From: a virus
Taxonomy: Duplodnaviria; Caudoviricetes
Direction: 5' to 3' (one strand)
Virus record (IMG/VR): IMGVR_UViG_3300042922_000620
Span: 1-63,802 of that record
Length of the DNA: 63,802 nucleotides
The notes under the pieces: generated by a model
What the model saw: only the letters and a program-made list of their open reading frames with translations
Databases searched by the model: none
What the model was told of the DNA's origin: nothing
Position numbers and translations under genes: made by a program
Shown here: positions 1 through 8,195 of the stretch, piece after piece
How positions within the stretch are numbered: the first letter of the stretch is position 1
Layout of the letters: each line of letters opens with the position of its first letter

Positions 1-142
1 CCGCCTCGATCTGGTCGACCGGCGCCTCCCACGTGATGACCGCGATGAGGTGCTTCTCGGCGCGGGCCAGGTTGCGGTGCGTGCGTCGCTGCACGTTGGT
101 CATGGGCTTGTCGGGGATGGTCCCGATCAGTGTCTCGTCCAT
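1..142 (-). CDS. Hypothetical protein, cut by window edge (copy of 62930-63127)
   Basis: MDETLIGTIPDKPM..., AGAAGGGA RBS, palindrome upstream. Confidence 0.75.
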   Translation of the reverse strand, partial: MDETLIGTIPDKPMTNVQRRTHRNLARAEKHLIAVITWEAPVDQIEA

Positions 143-176
143 GATGATGTTCCCTTCTGTCCCAGGATTGGGACGG

Positions 177-350
177 TCAGTGCCAGTTGTTGTCGTGGTT
201 GAGGTACGTGCGAGCGAGCACGGCGATGGTGTCGCCGACCTCGACGTCACAGAGGTAGGTGCCGCAGATCTCACAGACCAGACGGAGTTGTCCGTCGACG
301 GACTGCCGGATCTCGGCGCGCTCGAGCAGCGCGTCGGAGGTCTCGTCCAT
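177..350 (-). CDS. Small CxxC protein (cassette A, gene 2)
   Basis: MDETSDALL...VCEICGTYLC..., GGAAGGA RBS; stop abuts palindrome 159. Confidence 0.7.
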   Translation of the reverse strand: MDETSDALLERAEIRQSVDGQLRLVCEICGTYLCDVEVGDTIAVLARTYLNHDNNWH

Positions 351-351
351 G

Positions 352-759
352 TCAGTCCTTCCAGGTGCCGGCGAGGATGCCGTCGAACTCGGCGCGCACT
401 CGGGAGTACTCATACGAGATGTCCTGCGAGCGCTGCGCCTCGTACGCGGCTCTGCACAGATCCAGGGTGTAGTCGAAGTCGAAGTCGACGTCCTCGGAAC
501 CCGCTTCTCCGCGGAGGATCTGCGCGATGGTCGCGCCCTCCCATGAGGCGTCGTAGGGCACACCCAATTCCTCGATGAGGGCTGCGCCGAACAGGCACGA
601 GCCGGTCTGTCCCTCGTCTTCCGAGTAGACACACGTGCCACTGTCCTCGTACTCGACGCCTACCGGGGCCTGGTACACGAAGCCGTCGCCGCGCTTGTCG
701 AGCACGGTGTGCACGGCGTCGATGAACTCCTGGCTGGTGATGATGCGCATGATCTTCAT
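352..759 (-). CDS. Hypothetical protein (cassette A, gene 1)
   Basis: 135-aa ORF with GGAGAGG RBS directly after palindrome 767. Confidence 0.8.
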   Translation of the reverse strand: MKIMRIITSQEFIDAVHTVLDKRGDGFVYQAPVGVEYEDSGTCVYSEDEGQTGSCLFGAALIEELGVPYDASWEGATIAQILRGEAGSEDVDFDFDYTLDLCRAAYEAQRSQDISYEYSRVRAEFDGILAGTWKD

Positions 760-823
760 CCTCTCCGTCCCAAGGTTGGGACGCTCATTGACGGCTGCTG
801 CCGTCGCTCATTGACTAGGTAGA

Positions 824-852
824 ACCCTAGCCTAGGTATATCCCAGGGTCAA
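824..852 (-). promoter_or_regulatory. SigA-type promoter
   Basis: TTGACC-N17-TAGGGT on minus strand; copy at 63525-63553. Confidence 0.8.
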
Positions 853-927
853 GCCTAGGTAGTGACTTGTGCTCACTGAGCCATTCAGAGCACGGGACAA
901 TCTTCGTTGACAGCCGTGCTCACAGTG

Positions 928-1197
928 CTACCTGCGGCGGCGCACCAGGATTCGCCACACGACCGCGCGAGCGTAGTCCCAGTCGTCCCGCGCGAAGTCG
1001 CTACCAGCGTGCCTCGTCTGCATGATCCGCTTCGCACGCTTGGCCTCCCGGAAATCCTCGGGAGTGGCGCCCAGTTCCTGCAGCATGGCCACTTCCCGCT
1101 CGATCGTGTCGACGGATCGGAGTGTGTAGCACGCACCCGCTGGGGTCTCGAGCCACGTCCCAACCTTGGGACGATCTTCGTTGACGGACTCCCTCAT
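928..1197 (-). CDS. Hypothetical protein (MRESVNED...), absent from right-end copy
   Basis: AGGAGG RBS, ATGA overlap with upstream gene. Confidence 0.75.
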   Translation of the reverse strand: MRESVNEDRPKVGTWLETPAGACYTLRSVDTIEREVAMLQELGATPEDFREAKRAKRIMQTRHAGSDFARDDWDYARAVVWRILVRRRR

Positions 1198-1385
1198 CGC
1201 ATCCTCCTGTAGGCGCGGGCCAGGGTCGCCGGCTTGGGGCAGCGGGTGCGACCGAACATGCCCCAGACGTTCTCCTTGATCGTGAGCGGCTTCATCTTCA
1301 CGACCACGTACAGCACGCCGGTCTCGACGTGCTGGAACACGGAACCGAGGGCGATCGGCTGATCTTCGTTGAGCGATTCGGTCAC
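1194..1385 (-). CDS. Hypothetical protein (MTESLNED...)
   Basis: 63-aa ORF with 4-bp overlaps to both neighbours. Confidence 0.7.
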   Translation of the reverse strand: MTESLNEDQPIALGSVFQHVETGVLYVVVKMKPLTIKENVWGMFGRTRCPKPATLARAYRRMR

Positions 1386-1507
1386 AGCGCCACCGCCAGG
1401 AGGGCGACGTACCCGACGACCGCAGCGAGCGCGAGCATGCCGAGGGCGACGCGCATGAGAAGGGCGGGACCGGAGATCCGGCGTCGTTCGTTGAGCGGTT
1501 CATTCAT
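1382..1507 (-). CDS. Small membrane protein (MNEPLNE...)
   Basis: GGAGGA RBS, C-terminal hydrophobic helix. Confidence 0.6.
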   Translation of the reverse strand: MNEPLNERRRISGPALLMRVALGMLALAAVVGYVALLAVAL

Positions 1508-1647
1508 GGCATTCCTCCTGCGATGATGGCGGCGACTACCCAGACCGGGGCGCCGGTGATGAGGGCGAGTGTGGTGCACAGCGCGGACGCCTGCAGCCTG
1601 TCCCACCTGGTTCTGTCCCAGGATTGGGACGATGCCCGGGCGGTCAT
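1504..1647 (-). CDS. Small membrane protein (47 aa, not in ORF track)
   Basis: MTARASSQSWDRTRWDRLQASALCTTLALITGAPVWVVAAIIAGGMP; ATGA overlaps at both ends. Confidence 0.5.
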   Translation of the reverse strand: MTARASSQSWDRTRWDRLQASALCTTLALITGAPVWVVAAIIAGGMP

Positions 1648-1901
1648 GGCGAGACCTCGACGACTCCGTCGACTCCCAGGTCGATGACGTCGTTCCCGCG
1701 CCCGTTACCCATCGTGTCGGCATCCCAGTAGCAACCGGTCGAGTCTTCTGTGGGACACGGGGCGAGTCCGCCCGTGCGGTCATAGATCGCCGCGGCCCAT
1801 GCCAGCATGGCGACGATGACCAGGCAGAGCGCGACGACGACGATGACGCGATCCCAGCGGATCCGGTAGCGGACACTGACGCCGTTCCGATGCATGGCCA
1901 T
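1644..1901 (-). CDS. Membrane protein with CPTEDSTGCYWDA motif
   Basis: TM helix then Cys-containing exported segment. Confidence 0.7.
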   Translation of the reverse strand: MAMHRNGVSVRYRIRWDRVIVVVALCLVIVAMLAWAAAIYDRTGGLAPCPTEDSTGCYWDADTMGNGRGNDVIDLGVDGVVEVSP

Positions 1902-1975
1902 GGCCTCATTCCTCTCTGCATCCCAATCTTGGGACGCCGGTCAACATGCCGACGGTCTGTCAGGCACTAGGTAAT

Positions 1976-2004
1976 ACTCTATCGTAGGTGTGTTCGAGGG
2001 TCAA
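1976..2004 (-). promoter_or_regulatory. SigA-type promoter (leftward)
   Basis: TTGACC-N17-TAGAGT. Confidence 0.8.
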
Positions 2005-2101
2005 TCGCGGATTCCGCGTAATCCCGGGGCGCGCGCATGCCGGCATCGATGGTCGCCGTCCCAATCTTGGGACACCTCGACACGCCCACACCTAGGTAGG
2101 C

Positions 2102-2130
2102 TTGACACCTAGTCCACCTAGGCATAGTGT
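2102..2130 (+). promoter_or_regulatory. SigA-type promoter (rightward, divergent)
   Basis: TTGACA-N17-TAGTGT upstream of ORF 2196. Confidence 0.8.
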
Positions 2131-2195
2131 GTACGTAGTACGACGGATCAGCCGCCGGACACTCACAGCCCGACAGGGCAGAACGGAACGAAGAA

Positions 2196-2960
2196 ATGGC
2201 ACGCAAGAACACCACCCAGGTCGAGACGACGAACTCCCGCGCGGTCGAGGTCACGAAGCGCGGCTTGGGCATCGTCACCTCCCTCGTGAAGACGTTCACC
2301 ACGTCCGACACGATCCACGTGCGCCGGGCCCGCTACGTCGGCGCGCTGGTGGAAGCGGGGTTCTCCGTCTCGCAGATCGACTCCATCGTCCGCGCCCACC
2401 ACGGCGTCGTCCCCGGGCTGAACCGCTCCAGCATCGGTCGCTACCGCGTCGTGTACGTGCAGTCCACGCGCGAGGACGTGAGCGGCGCACTCACCACTGA
2501 CGACGCCCGCGCGGCAGTCGTCGGAGCGTTCGCACGTCTGTCGGTCAAGTCCGCCGAACTGGTCACCCGCGCGGCCGACGAGATCGCGAAAGCGAAAGGA
2601 TCGGCGCACGCCGTCGAGATCGCCGAATCCCACGTCCGCGCGCTCAACGATGCCGAATCGGGCGCGGCCGTCGCGGAACTGCAGGGCGCGGCGAAGGAGA
2701 CCGCGCGCCCCGTCGCCGGAACCGCGGACGTGTCCGCCAAGGGTGAGGCCGACGAGAACACCACGGCAGAACTCGCGAAGGCCGACGTCGCCGCCCCGCT
2801 CAAGGCCGTCGGCACGTCCGCCCTCATCGCGGAACTCGCGAGCCGCTACGCGGGCACCCGCGCCAGCGTGCACCCCGATGACGCGGAAGCGCTCACCGCT
2901 CTGCTCTCGCGCGTCGAGGCTCTCGTGACCGGAGGTCGCGTCGCGAGCAAGCGCCGCTGA
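2196..2960 (+). CDS. Ala-rich hypothetical protein, possible HTH
   Basis: 254-aa ORF between its own promoter and a terminator. Confidence 0.8.
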   Translation: MARKNTTQVETTNSRAVEVTKRGLGIVTSLVKTFTTSDTIHVRRARYVGALVEAGFSVSQIDSIVRAHHGVVPGLNRSSIGRYRVVYVQSTREDVSGALTTDDARAAVVGAFARLSVKSAELVTRAADEIAKAKGSAHAVEIAESHVRALNDAESGAAVAELQGAAKETARPVAGTADVSAKGEADENTTAELAKADVAAPLKAVGTSALIAELASRYAGTRASVHPDDAEALTALLSRVEALVTGGRVASKRR

Positions 2961-2981
2961 CCTCGCGCACGCGCATCACTC

Positions 2982-3012
2982 AGGGGCCCCTGCCACATCG
3001 GTAGGGGCCCCT
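2982..3012 (+). terminator. Hairpin terminator
   Basis: AGGGGCCCCTGCC-ACATC-GGTAGGGGCCCCT followed by CTT. Confidence 0.7.
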
Positions 3013-3499
3013 CTTGCGTGCCAGCACAGCGGCCTACAGACGTGATGTGAGGGGGAGAACGGAGCCCGCCTGTCTCCTCACGTGCCAGCGCCATTCTGTG
3101 ACGTGAGAGGGGCGCTGGACAGTCGCAGGGCGCACGCCGTGCACATGGTGCGGGAGGGGGGTACCCTGCCCGTTTCGGTTCGGTTGCCCTGTAGGGGACG
3201 CTCTCCGTCGCCGTGCATGGGCGGAGGTGGGGTGCACCATCGTATGACAGTGATCGGGGTCTACCACCGTATGACAGAAAAAAAGTGAGCATCACAGCGC
3301 TGCCGGACCCCCAGGAGGAAGGTGAAGTTAGGGGGACAGGACAGACAAGGGAAAGATTCACCGTATACGGGTCCTTTCGGGGGCCTGACCAGGGCTTTTG
3401 TCCCGAAACAGACCTTATCCGTTTGGAATACACCGTGTACTCCGGATGGATAACAAGTATTACCCATATGGAGTAGGAATCTGGGGTATCCTCTAGCGT

Positions 3500-3976
3500 A
3501 TGACAGAGATCACCAGCCCGGAGGTGACCATCACCGCCGAGGACCTCGAATTCGTCCCTGCCCGCCCGTATCTGGCGCGGCACGCCTGCGGCGTGGTCAT
3601 TGCCGGTGTGGGTGCCGACATGCACGACGCGATCGTGGAGCACACGGCCGTCTGCGAAGAAGGGACCGCCGAGTGAGGACCTGCGACGAGCGAGGCTGCA
3701 ACATCCCCGAGCACTGGCTGGTCGCCGGAGACGAGTACGAGCAGCGCTTCGTCCACGTGGGGCCGTGCCCGGTGCCCGCGAATCACCAAGAAGGGAACAC
3801 CGATGGGAACGACTAAGCCACTGCACCCCGACTGCGAGGGCGGCATCTTCTGCCCCGTCGAAGGTCACGTCGAGCGCATCACCAAGGGCGGCGGCCGGTT
3901 TACGATCCGACACATCCCGCTCACGCGCGGCCAGGACAGAGAACTCGACCGCCGACGGGAGGCGAAGAACGAATGA
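3500..3976 (+). CDS. Three small coupled ORFs (3500-3676, 3673-3816, 3803-3976), hypothetical
   Basis: Read by hand; overlapping stop/start; Cys/His-containing peptides. Confidence 0.5.
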
Positions 3977-4308
3977 CTGAGCGACTGCCGGCGACCGTCA
4001 AGGCGGCGATGAGTGGAGCCGACGTGCTCGTGGTCCGCCGCAACCACCAGGTCGCCCGCGACGCGATGAATACCCACCAGCGGATCATCACGTCGCTGGG
4101 TCACGGCGTGACCTTCTCCACCACCCATGGCCAGATGCAGATCCGCTTCCTCAGCGGCGGCCGGATCACCTACATGTCGGCCCATGGCGCCGACGAGCGC
4201 GTGCGCGGCATGTCGGTTGACGTCATCGACGACGCCGGGTGGCTCGACGACCACACCCGCGCCCTCATCCAGAAACGACCGACCCTCTCGAACGGAGCCA
4301 CCTCATGA
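3973..4308 (+). CDS. Hypothetical protein
   Basis: 111 aa, ATGA coupling; RGMSVDVIDDA resembles a P-loop ATPase fragment. Confidence 0.65.
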   Translation: MTERLPATVKAAMSGADVLVVRRNHQVARDAMNTHQRIITSLGHGVTFSTTHGQMQIRFLSGGRITYMSAHGADERVRGMSVDVIDDAGWLDDHTRALIQKRPTLSNGATS

Positions 4309-4493
4309 GCAATGCCAGACAGCAGAGATCCGAAGCCCGCGCTCGCCTGCGCGAGATCTTCGACACCATCGAGCAGCACATCGACGAAGGCGTGATCGAA
4401 GACCCCGAGGTCGTCCCGGCCTACCGCATGCTCATTCAGGATGGCCGTCTGATCGTGCAACACAGCGATCGCAGCGAAGGGAGAATCTGGTGA
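4305..4493 (+). CDS. Hypothetical protein
   Basis: ATGA-coupled ORF. Confidence 0.6.
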   Translation: MSNARQQRSEARARLREIFDTIEQHIDEGVIEDPEVVPAYRMLIQDGRLIVQHSDRSEGRIW

Positions 4494-5083
4494 GCACTAC
4501 CGCCCACCTGGTTGTCCAGGCCGCCGACCTCAAGACGCTGCGCGAGACGCTGTGCATGGCGCAGGGATACATACCTGATCGGCCGCGCGGATGGGCCGCG
4601 CGTGCGCGCAGCGTCGACCGCCTCATCGCTGAGATCGATCGCAACCGACCGCTCGGCCCCGATGGCACCCACGGCGACCGGCACACCGACACCTGCGGCT
4701 GCGAGGACAAGAACGTCGTCGCCACCTCCGACGACTTCGACCCGCCGCTGAGTCGCCGCCAGGCCGAGCAAGTCCAGGAGGTCATCAACGAGTCGCTGCG
4801 TCGCGACCGCGCTTCGCGCGGAGTGACCATCGAGCCCGGCGAGCACGGTGTCGGCCATAACCGCTCGTGCGTCTGCTGGCAGCAGCGGCATGCTTGTGGG
4901 TGCTACCTGTGGGACCGGGACTGCCCGGAGTTCACGCAGGCGTCCCTCGAGAAGCCAACGGTCGTCGCCGAGGCGCTCGACGCCATCGAATCCCGCGACT
5001 ACTACGAGGCGAAGCCGCACAAGGCGGCGCGAGACCTCGAGCACGTTCGCGAGATCCTCGAGCGAGTAGCGGGTGTGTCATGA
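4490..5083 (+). CDS. Hypothetical protein, Cys/His-rich
   Basis: GTGA-coupled start, GGGAGA RBS. Confidence 0.65.
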   Translation: MSTTAHLVVQAADLKTLRETLCMAQGYIPDRPRGWAARARSVDRLIAEIDRNRPLGPDGTHGDRHTDTCGCEDKNVVATSDDFDPPLSRRQAEQVQEVINESLRRDRASRGVTIEPGEHGVGHNRSCVCWQQRHACGCYLWDRDCPEFTQASLEKPTVVAEALDAIESRDYYEAKPHKAARDLEHVREILERVAGVS

Positions 5084-5611
5084 GGTGGGTCGGCAAGCGC
5101 TCACTCAAGGGCGGTCGCCTCGAGATCGGCCGAGTCTGGCTGACCTGGGGCGGATGGAGAGTCGCCTGGCCGCTGCGTGTGCAGTTCCGAATCGGTCGAG
5201 CGCGGGTCTTCTTCGTCGGCCCGATCGCCGTCTTCGTCCAAGGGGGTGCGCGATGAAGGTCCAGCAGATCCGCGACGGCATCCGCATCCGCCGCCGCATG
5301 TTCACGCCGGAGTCCGCTCACCTGAACGTGGACTACCCGGAGTCGGCGCGGCTCGCGCTGTCGGAGGCCATGCATCGCAAGATCGTGCGCAACACCGGGC
5401 CCGCGAAGATGGCGCGGACGCGCGGACCTCGCCTGCGCCGGATGACGGTGAGAGTGCCATGGCTCTGATAGGACTGGCGCTCTCACCGGGCGACGCGGCC
5501 GCACTGCTCACCGCCATCGAGTTCTCTGAGCCGTTCCTCAACGAGGCAGAGGTCGAGCGCGTGGGACGCATCCGCGCAGCACTGCGCGCCGAGATCAACG
5601 ACGCGACGTGA
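5080..5611 (+). CDS. Three small coupled ORFs (5080-5256, 5253-5468, 5459-5611), hypothetical
   Basis: Consecutive overlapping ORFs. Confidence 0.55.
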
Positions 5612-6084
5612 AGCAGCCGGACAATGTCACGTCGATCGCGCGTCTCCGCGGCAAGGTCGACGAGACGGGACAGACCGTATCCATCGACGCGCCTCGCAGG
5701 CGTAAGCGCAAGAAGGGATGGAGGGATCGCGTGGGACTGATCGACCTGGGCCTCATGTCGAGGCTCGACCTGAACGGCTCCGAGTGGCGTGTGCTCTCGA
5801 CCGTCATGGCGTGCGTCCCCGAGAAGGGCGGATCGGAGGCATTCTGCACGCTGCAGGAGATCGCCGACCGCCACGAGATCCCGCTCTCGAGCGTGTCACG
5901 GGCGATGAAGTCGCTGCGCGATCGCCGCATCATCATGAAGAACGACCGCCGCATCGGCCGCTGGCACGTCAACGCCTGGCTGATGTACAACGGCGACTTC
6001 GACTCGTGGAACGTCGAAGCCGAGCAAGACCCCGAGCCGATCTGGTCGCGGGGTGTGGATGCCATGACAGGAGAGATCAAGTGA
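5608..6084 (+). CDS. HTH DNA-binding protein, RepL/MarR-like
   Basis: TLQEIADRHEIPLSSVSRAMKSL HTH followed by WHVNAWLMYNGD. Confidence 0.7.
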   Translation: MKQPDNVTSIARLRGKVDETGQTVSIDAPRRRKRKKGWRDRVGLIDLGLMSRLDLNGSEWRVLSTVMACVPEKGGSEAFCTLQEIADRHEIPLSSVSRAMKSLRDRRIIMKNDRRIGRWHVNAWLMYNGDFDSWNVEAEQDPEPIWSRGVDAMTGEIK

Positions 6085-6542
6085 CCACGTATGCCAGTAA
6101 GACCGACGTCTCGAGCGACCGCAGTCGCAACGAGATCGAGACCACCCTGCGGCGCTACGGCGCCGACGAGTTCGGCTACATGAGCGGCCGCGACCGTGCC
6201 CAGGTGGCGTTCTCGTACAAGAACCTCCGGGTGCGCTTCGTCCTGCCGATGCCCGACCCGCAGGACCGGGAGTTCACCCACCACAGCCGCGGCGTGCGTA
6301 CGGCGTCGGCGCGGGATGCCGCGTACGAGCAGGCGGTGCGGCAGAAGTGGCGCGCGCTCGCCCTCGTGGTGAAGGCGAAGTTGGAGGCGGTCGAGTCCGG
6401 CATCTCCACCTTCGAGGAGGAGTTCTTCGCGCACCTGGTGCTGCCCGGCGGCCAGACGGTGTTCGAGTCCGTCGCTGGCCAGGTGGACAGCATGATCGCC
6501 AGCGGCCGCCCGGGCTCGCTCATGATCGAGGCGGCGTCATGA
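6081..6542 (+). CDS. Conserved phage hypothetical protein
   Basis: YASKTDVSSDRSRNEIE...LVVKAKLEAVESGISTFEEEF, a familiar phage family. Confidence 0.75.
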   Translation: MTTYASKTDVSSDRSRNEIETTLRRYGADEFGYMSGRDRAQVAFSYKNLRVRFVLPMPDPQDREFTHHSRGVRTASARDAAYEQAVRQKWRALALVVKAKLEAVESGISTFEEEFFAHLVLPGGQTVFESVAGQVDSMIASGRPGSLMIEAAS

Positions 6543-6853
6543 CCGACTTCGAGCCAGACCTCACAGTCGCCGCCGACGGCAGTGTGAGTGCCAACACGCC
6601 TGCTGGCGCGAAGATCCTGGGTGAGCAATTCGAGGAGATCACTGTGCCGCGCGGTGGCATCGCATTCGCTGGTGGATGGTGCGCACCGTCGAGCGACATC
6701 TATAACCTGCTCGACACGAAGCCGCTGACGAAGAAGCAGTTGCAGAAGCGGCTGGACGAGACGCAGCGTGCTCTCACGCGCGAGCGAGAGAAGACCCGCC
6801 GCCTGACTCGCAAGGTGGACCGCCTGCTCAAGATCATCCGGAGGATGGCATGA
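6539..6853 (+). CDS. Small coiled-coil protein with major-capsid-like motifs
   Basis: EITVPRGGIAFAGGWCAPSSDIYNL then basic coiled coil. Confidence 0.75.
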   Translation: MTDFEPDLTVAADGSVSANTPAGAKILGEQFEEITVPRGGIAFAGGWCAPSSDIYNLLDTKPLTKKQLQKRLDETQRALTREREKTRRLTRKVDRLLKIIRRMA

Positions 6854-7281
6854 CCGACCGCAATGGCTGGACGCCGCCGGGCGCGTGGATCGACGAGACG
6901 CACGGGCTGATCCTGCCGAAGGTCCCGAAGTCCATGGCGCCGTTCGACTTCCGTTCGGCGCTCATCTCCGACTCGCCCGTGACGGATGCGATCACGATCG
7001 AGATCGACCGGCTCGTGCGGGACACGATCAGTCAGGAGCGCGACGCTATGGAGTCGCTGTGCTGGCAGGCCCTCAGTGACCCCGGTCGCCGCGGCATCGT
7101 CGTCATCGAACGTCCGCTCGAGTGGGACTTCGGGGACGAGTCGGCGAACACCTACACCGCCAGCGTGACGCAGCACGTCGAGATGCGCCTCGACCATCGT
7201 GTGCCCAGCATGACCATCTACCGATTCCCGAGCCGCGAGGCGTACGACGAGTGGGTGGAGCGGGGGTGCCCGCATGACTGA
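6850..7281 (+). CDS. Hypothetical protein
   Basis: ATGA-coupled 143-aa ORF. Confidence 0.7.
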   Translation: MTDRNGWTPPGAWIDETHGLILPKVPKSMAPFDFRSALISDSPVTDAITIEIDRLVRDTISQERDAMESLCWQALSDPGRRGIVVIERPLEWDFGDESANTYTASVTQHVEMRLDHRVPSMTIYRFPSREAYDEWVERGCPHD

Positions 7282-7436
7282 GGGCGGCAAGGTCTGGGTC
7301 ATCTCATGCCGGTGCGGATGGTCGCGCATGGTCCCGCGTTCCACCCCCACGGCGCGCCGTCTGCAGATCCTCAAGAACCACCGGGCCGAGGCCCACGGCG
7401 ATACCCTTCCCCCTGACGACCAACGAGAGGACTGAC

Positions 7437-7784
7437 ATGGACCTGGCATACGAAAAGGGCGGCCTGCGGGTGTACGAGCACTCCGACGGCGTGACGATCA
7501 GCACGGTCTACGCGGAGCGCCGCCACCACCGAATCCTGGCGCCGATCGACTACTTCGAGTTGGTCGAGGCTCCGTACCACGCGGCGCTGCAGATCCTCGT
7601 CGACGCCGACATCACCGCGGCCGGCGGCGAGCCCTTCGGTGACTACGAGTTCGAGATGCCCGAGGACCTGGTCAGCGCCACAGTCGACCCCAGCGGCGAC
7701 TACCAGTGGGTCGTCGTCTCCCGCTCATACTGGCCCGCCCCGCCGACCGAGCCCGAGCCAGAGGAGCCTGAGGGCGGTGTCTGA
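7437..7784 (+). CDS. Acidic hypothetical protein
   Basis: GAGAGGA RBS, 115 aa. Confidence 0.7.
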   Translation: MDLAYEKGGLRVYEHSDGVTISTVYAERRHHRILAPIDYFELVEAPYHAALQILVDADITAAGGEPFGDYEFEMPEDLVSATVDPSGDYQWVVVSRSYWPAPPTEPEPEEPEGGV

Positions 7785-8172
7785 GATCACCGAGGTCTCG
7801 GGCCCCATGCTCGGGGTCTACCGCCTGCAGGCGATGTACTTCTGGCAGTGGGACGGGAAGAAGGTCTCGGCGCAGCGGATCAACGCCGAGATCGTCACCA
7901 TGGCAGAGGCGCATGGAGCATCCGTGGTCAGTTCGCACTACGAGGCCCGCCTCTCTGCCCTGTCGCCGGAACTCCTCATGACCATCGAGCGGCACGACGG
8001 CACGGCGGCTTGGCACATCGAGGTCGCTCGAGGCGAGTGGCTCGCGATCTGGACCGAGGGCGCGCGGATCATCGCGATCGACCAGTACGACGAGCGGGAC
8101 GGGGCTGACCGCTTCACGCGGGTCGCGCCCGTGCACGTGCTCCGTCCCAATGTTGGGACGCTCGAGTCGTAG
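7777..8172 (+). CDS. Hypothetical protein
   Basis: GTG start overlapping previous gene; ends across palindrome 8144. Confidence 0.65.
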   Translation: MSEITEVSGPMLGVYRLQAMYFWQWDGKKVSAQRINAEIVTMAEAHGASVVSSHYEARLSALSPELLMTIERHDGTAAWHIEVARGEWLAIWTEGARIIAIDQYDERDGADRFTRVAPVHVLRPNVGTLES

Positions 8173-8195
8173 GTCCGATGTGATACGGTGCTCGC

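Larger units (their letters stand above)
1..1374. repeat. Imperfect terminal redundancy, left copy
   Basis: 1-177 matches 62986-63162; 760-922 matches 63461-63623; 1209-1374 matches 63636-63802; a few SNPs, and the intervening segments differ. Confidence 0.95.

Noticed and set aside
6632-6709. Capsid-like segment as a DGR template repeat
   Set aside because: No reverse transcriptase seen; similarity is at protein level, permuted, and not adenine-specific
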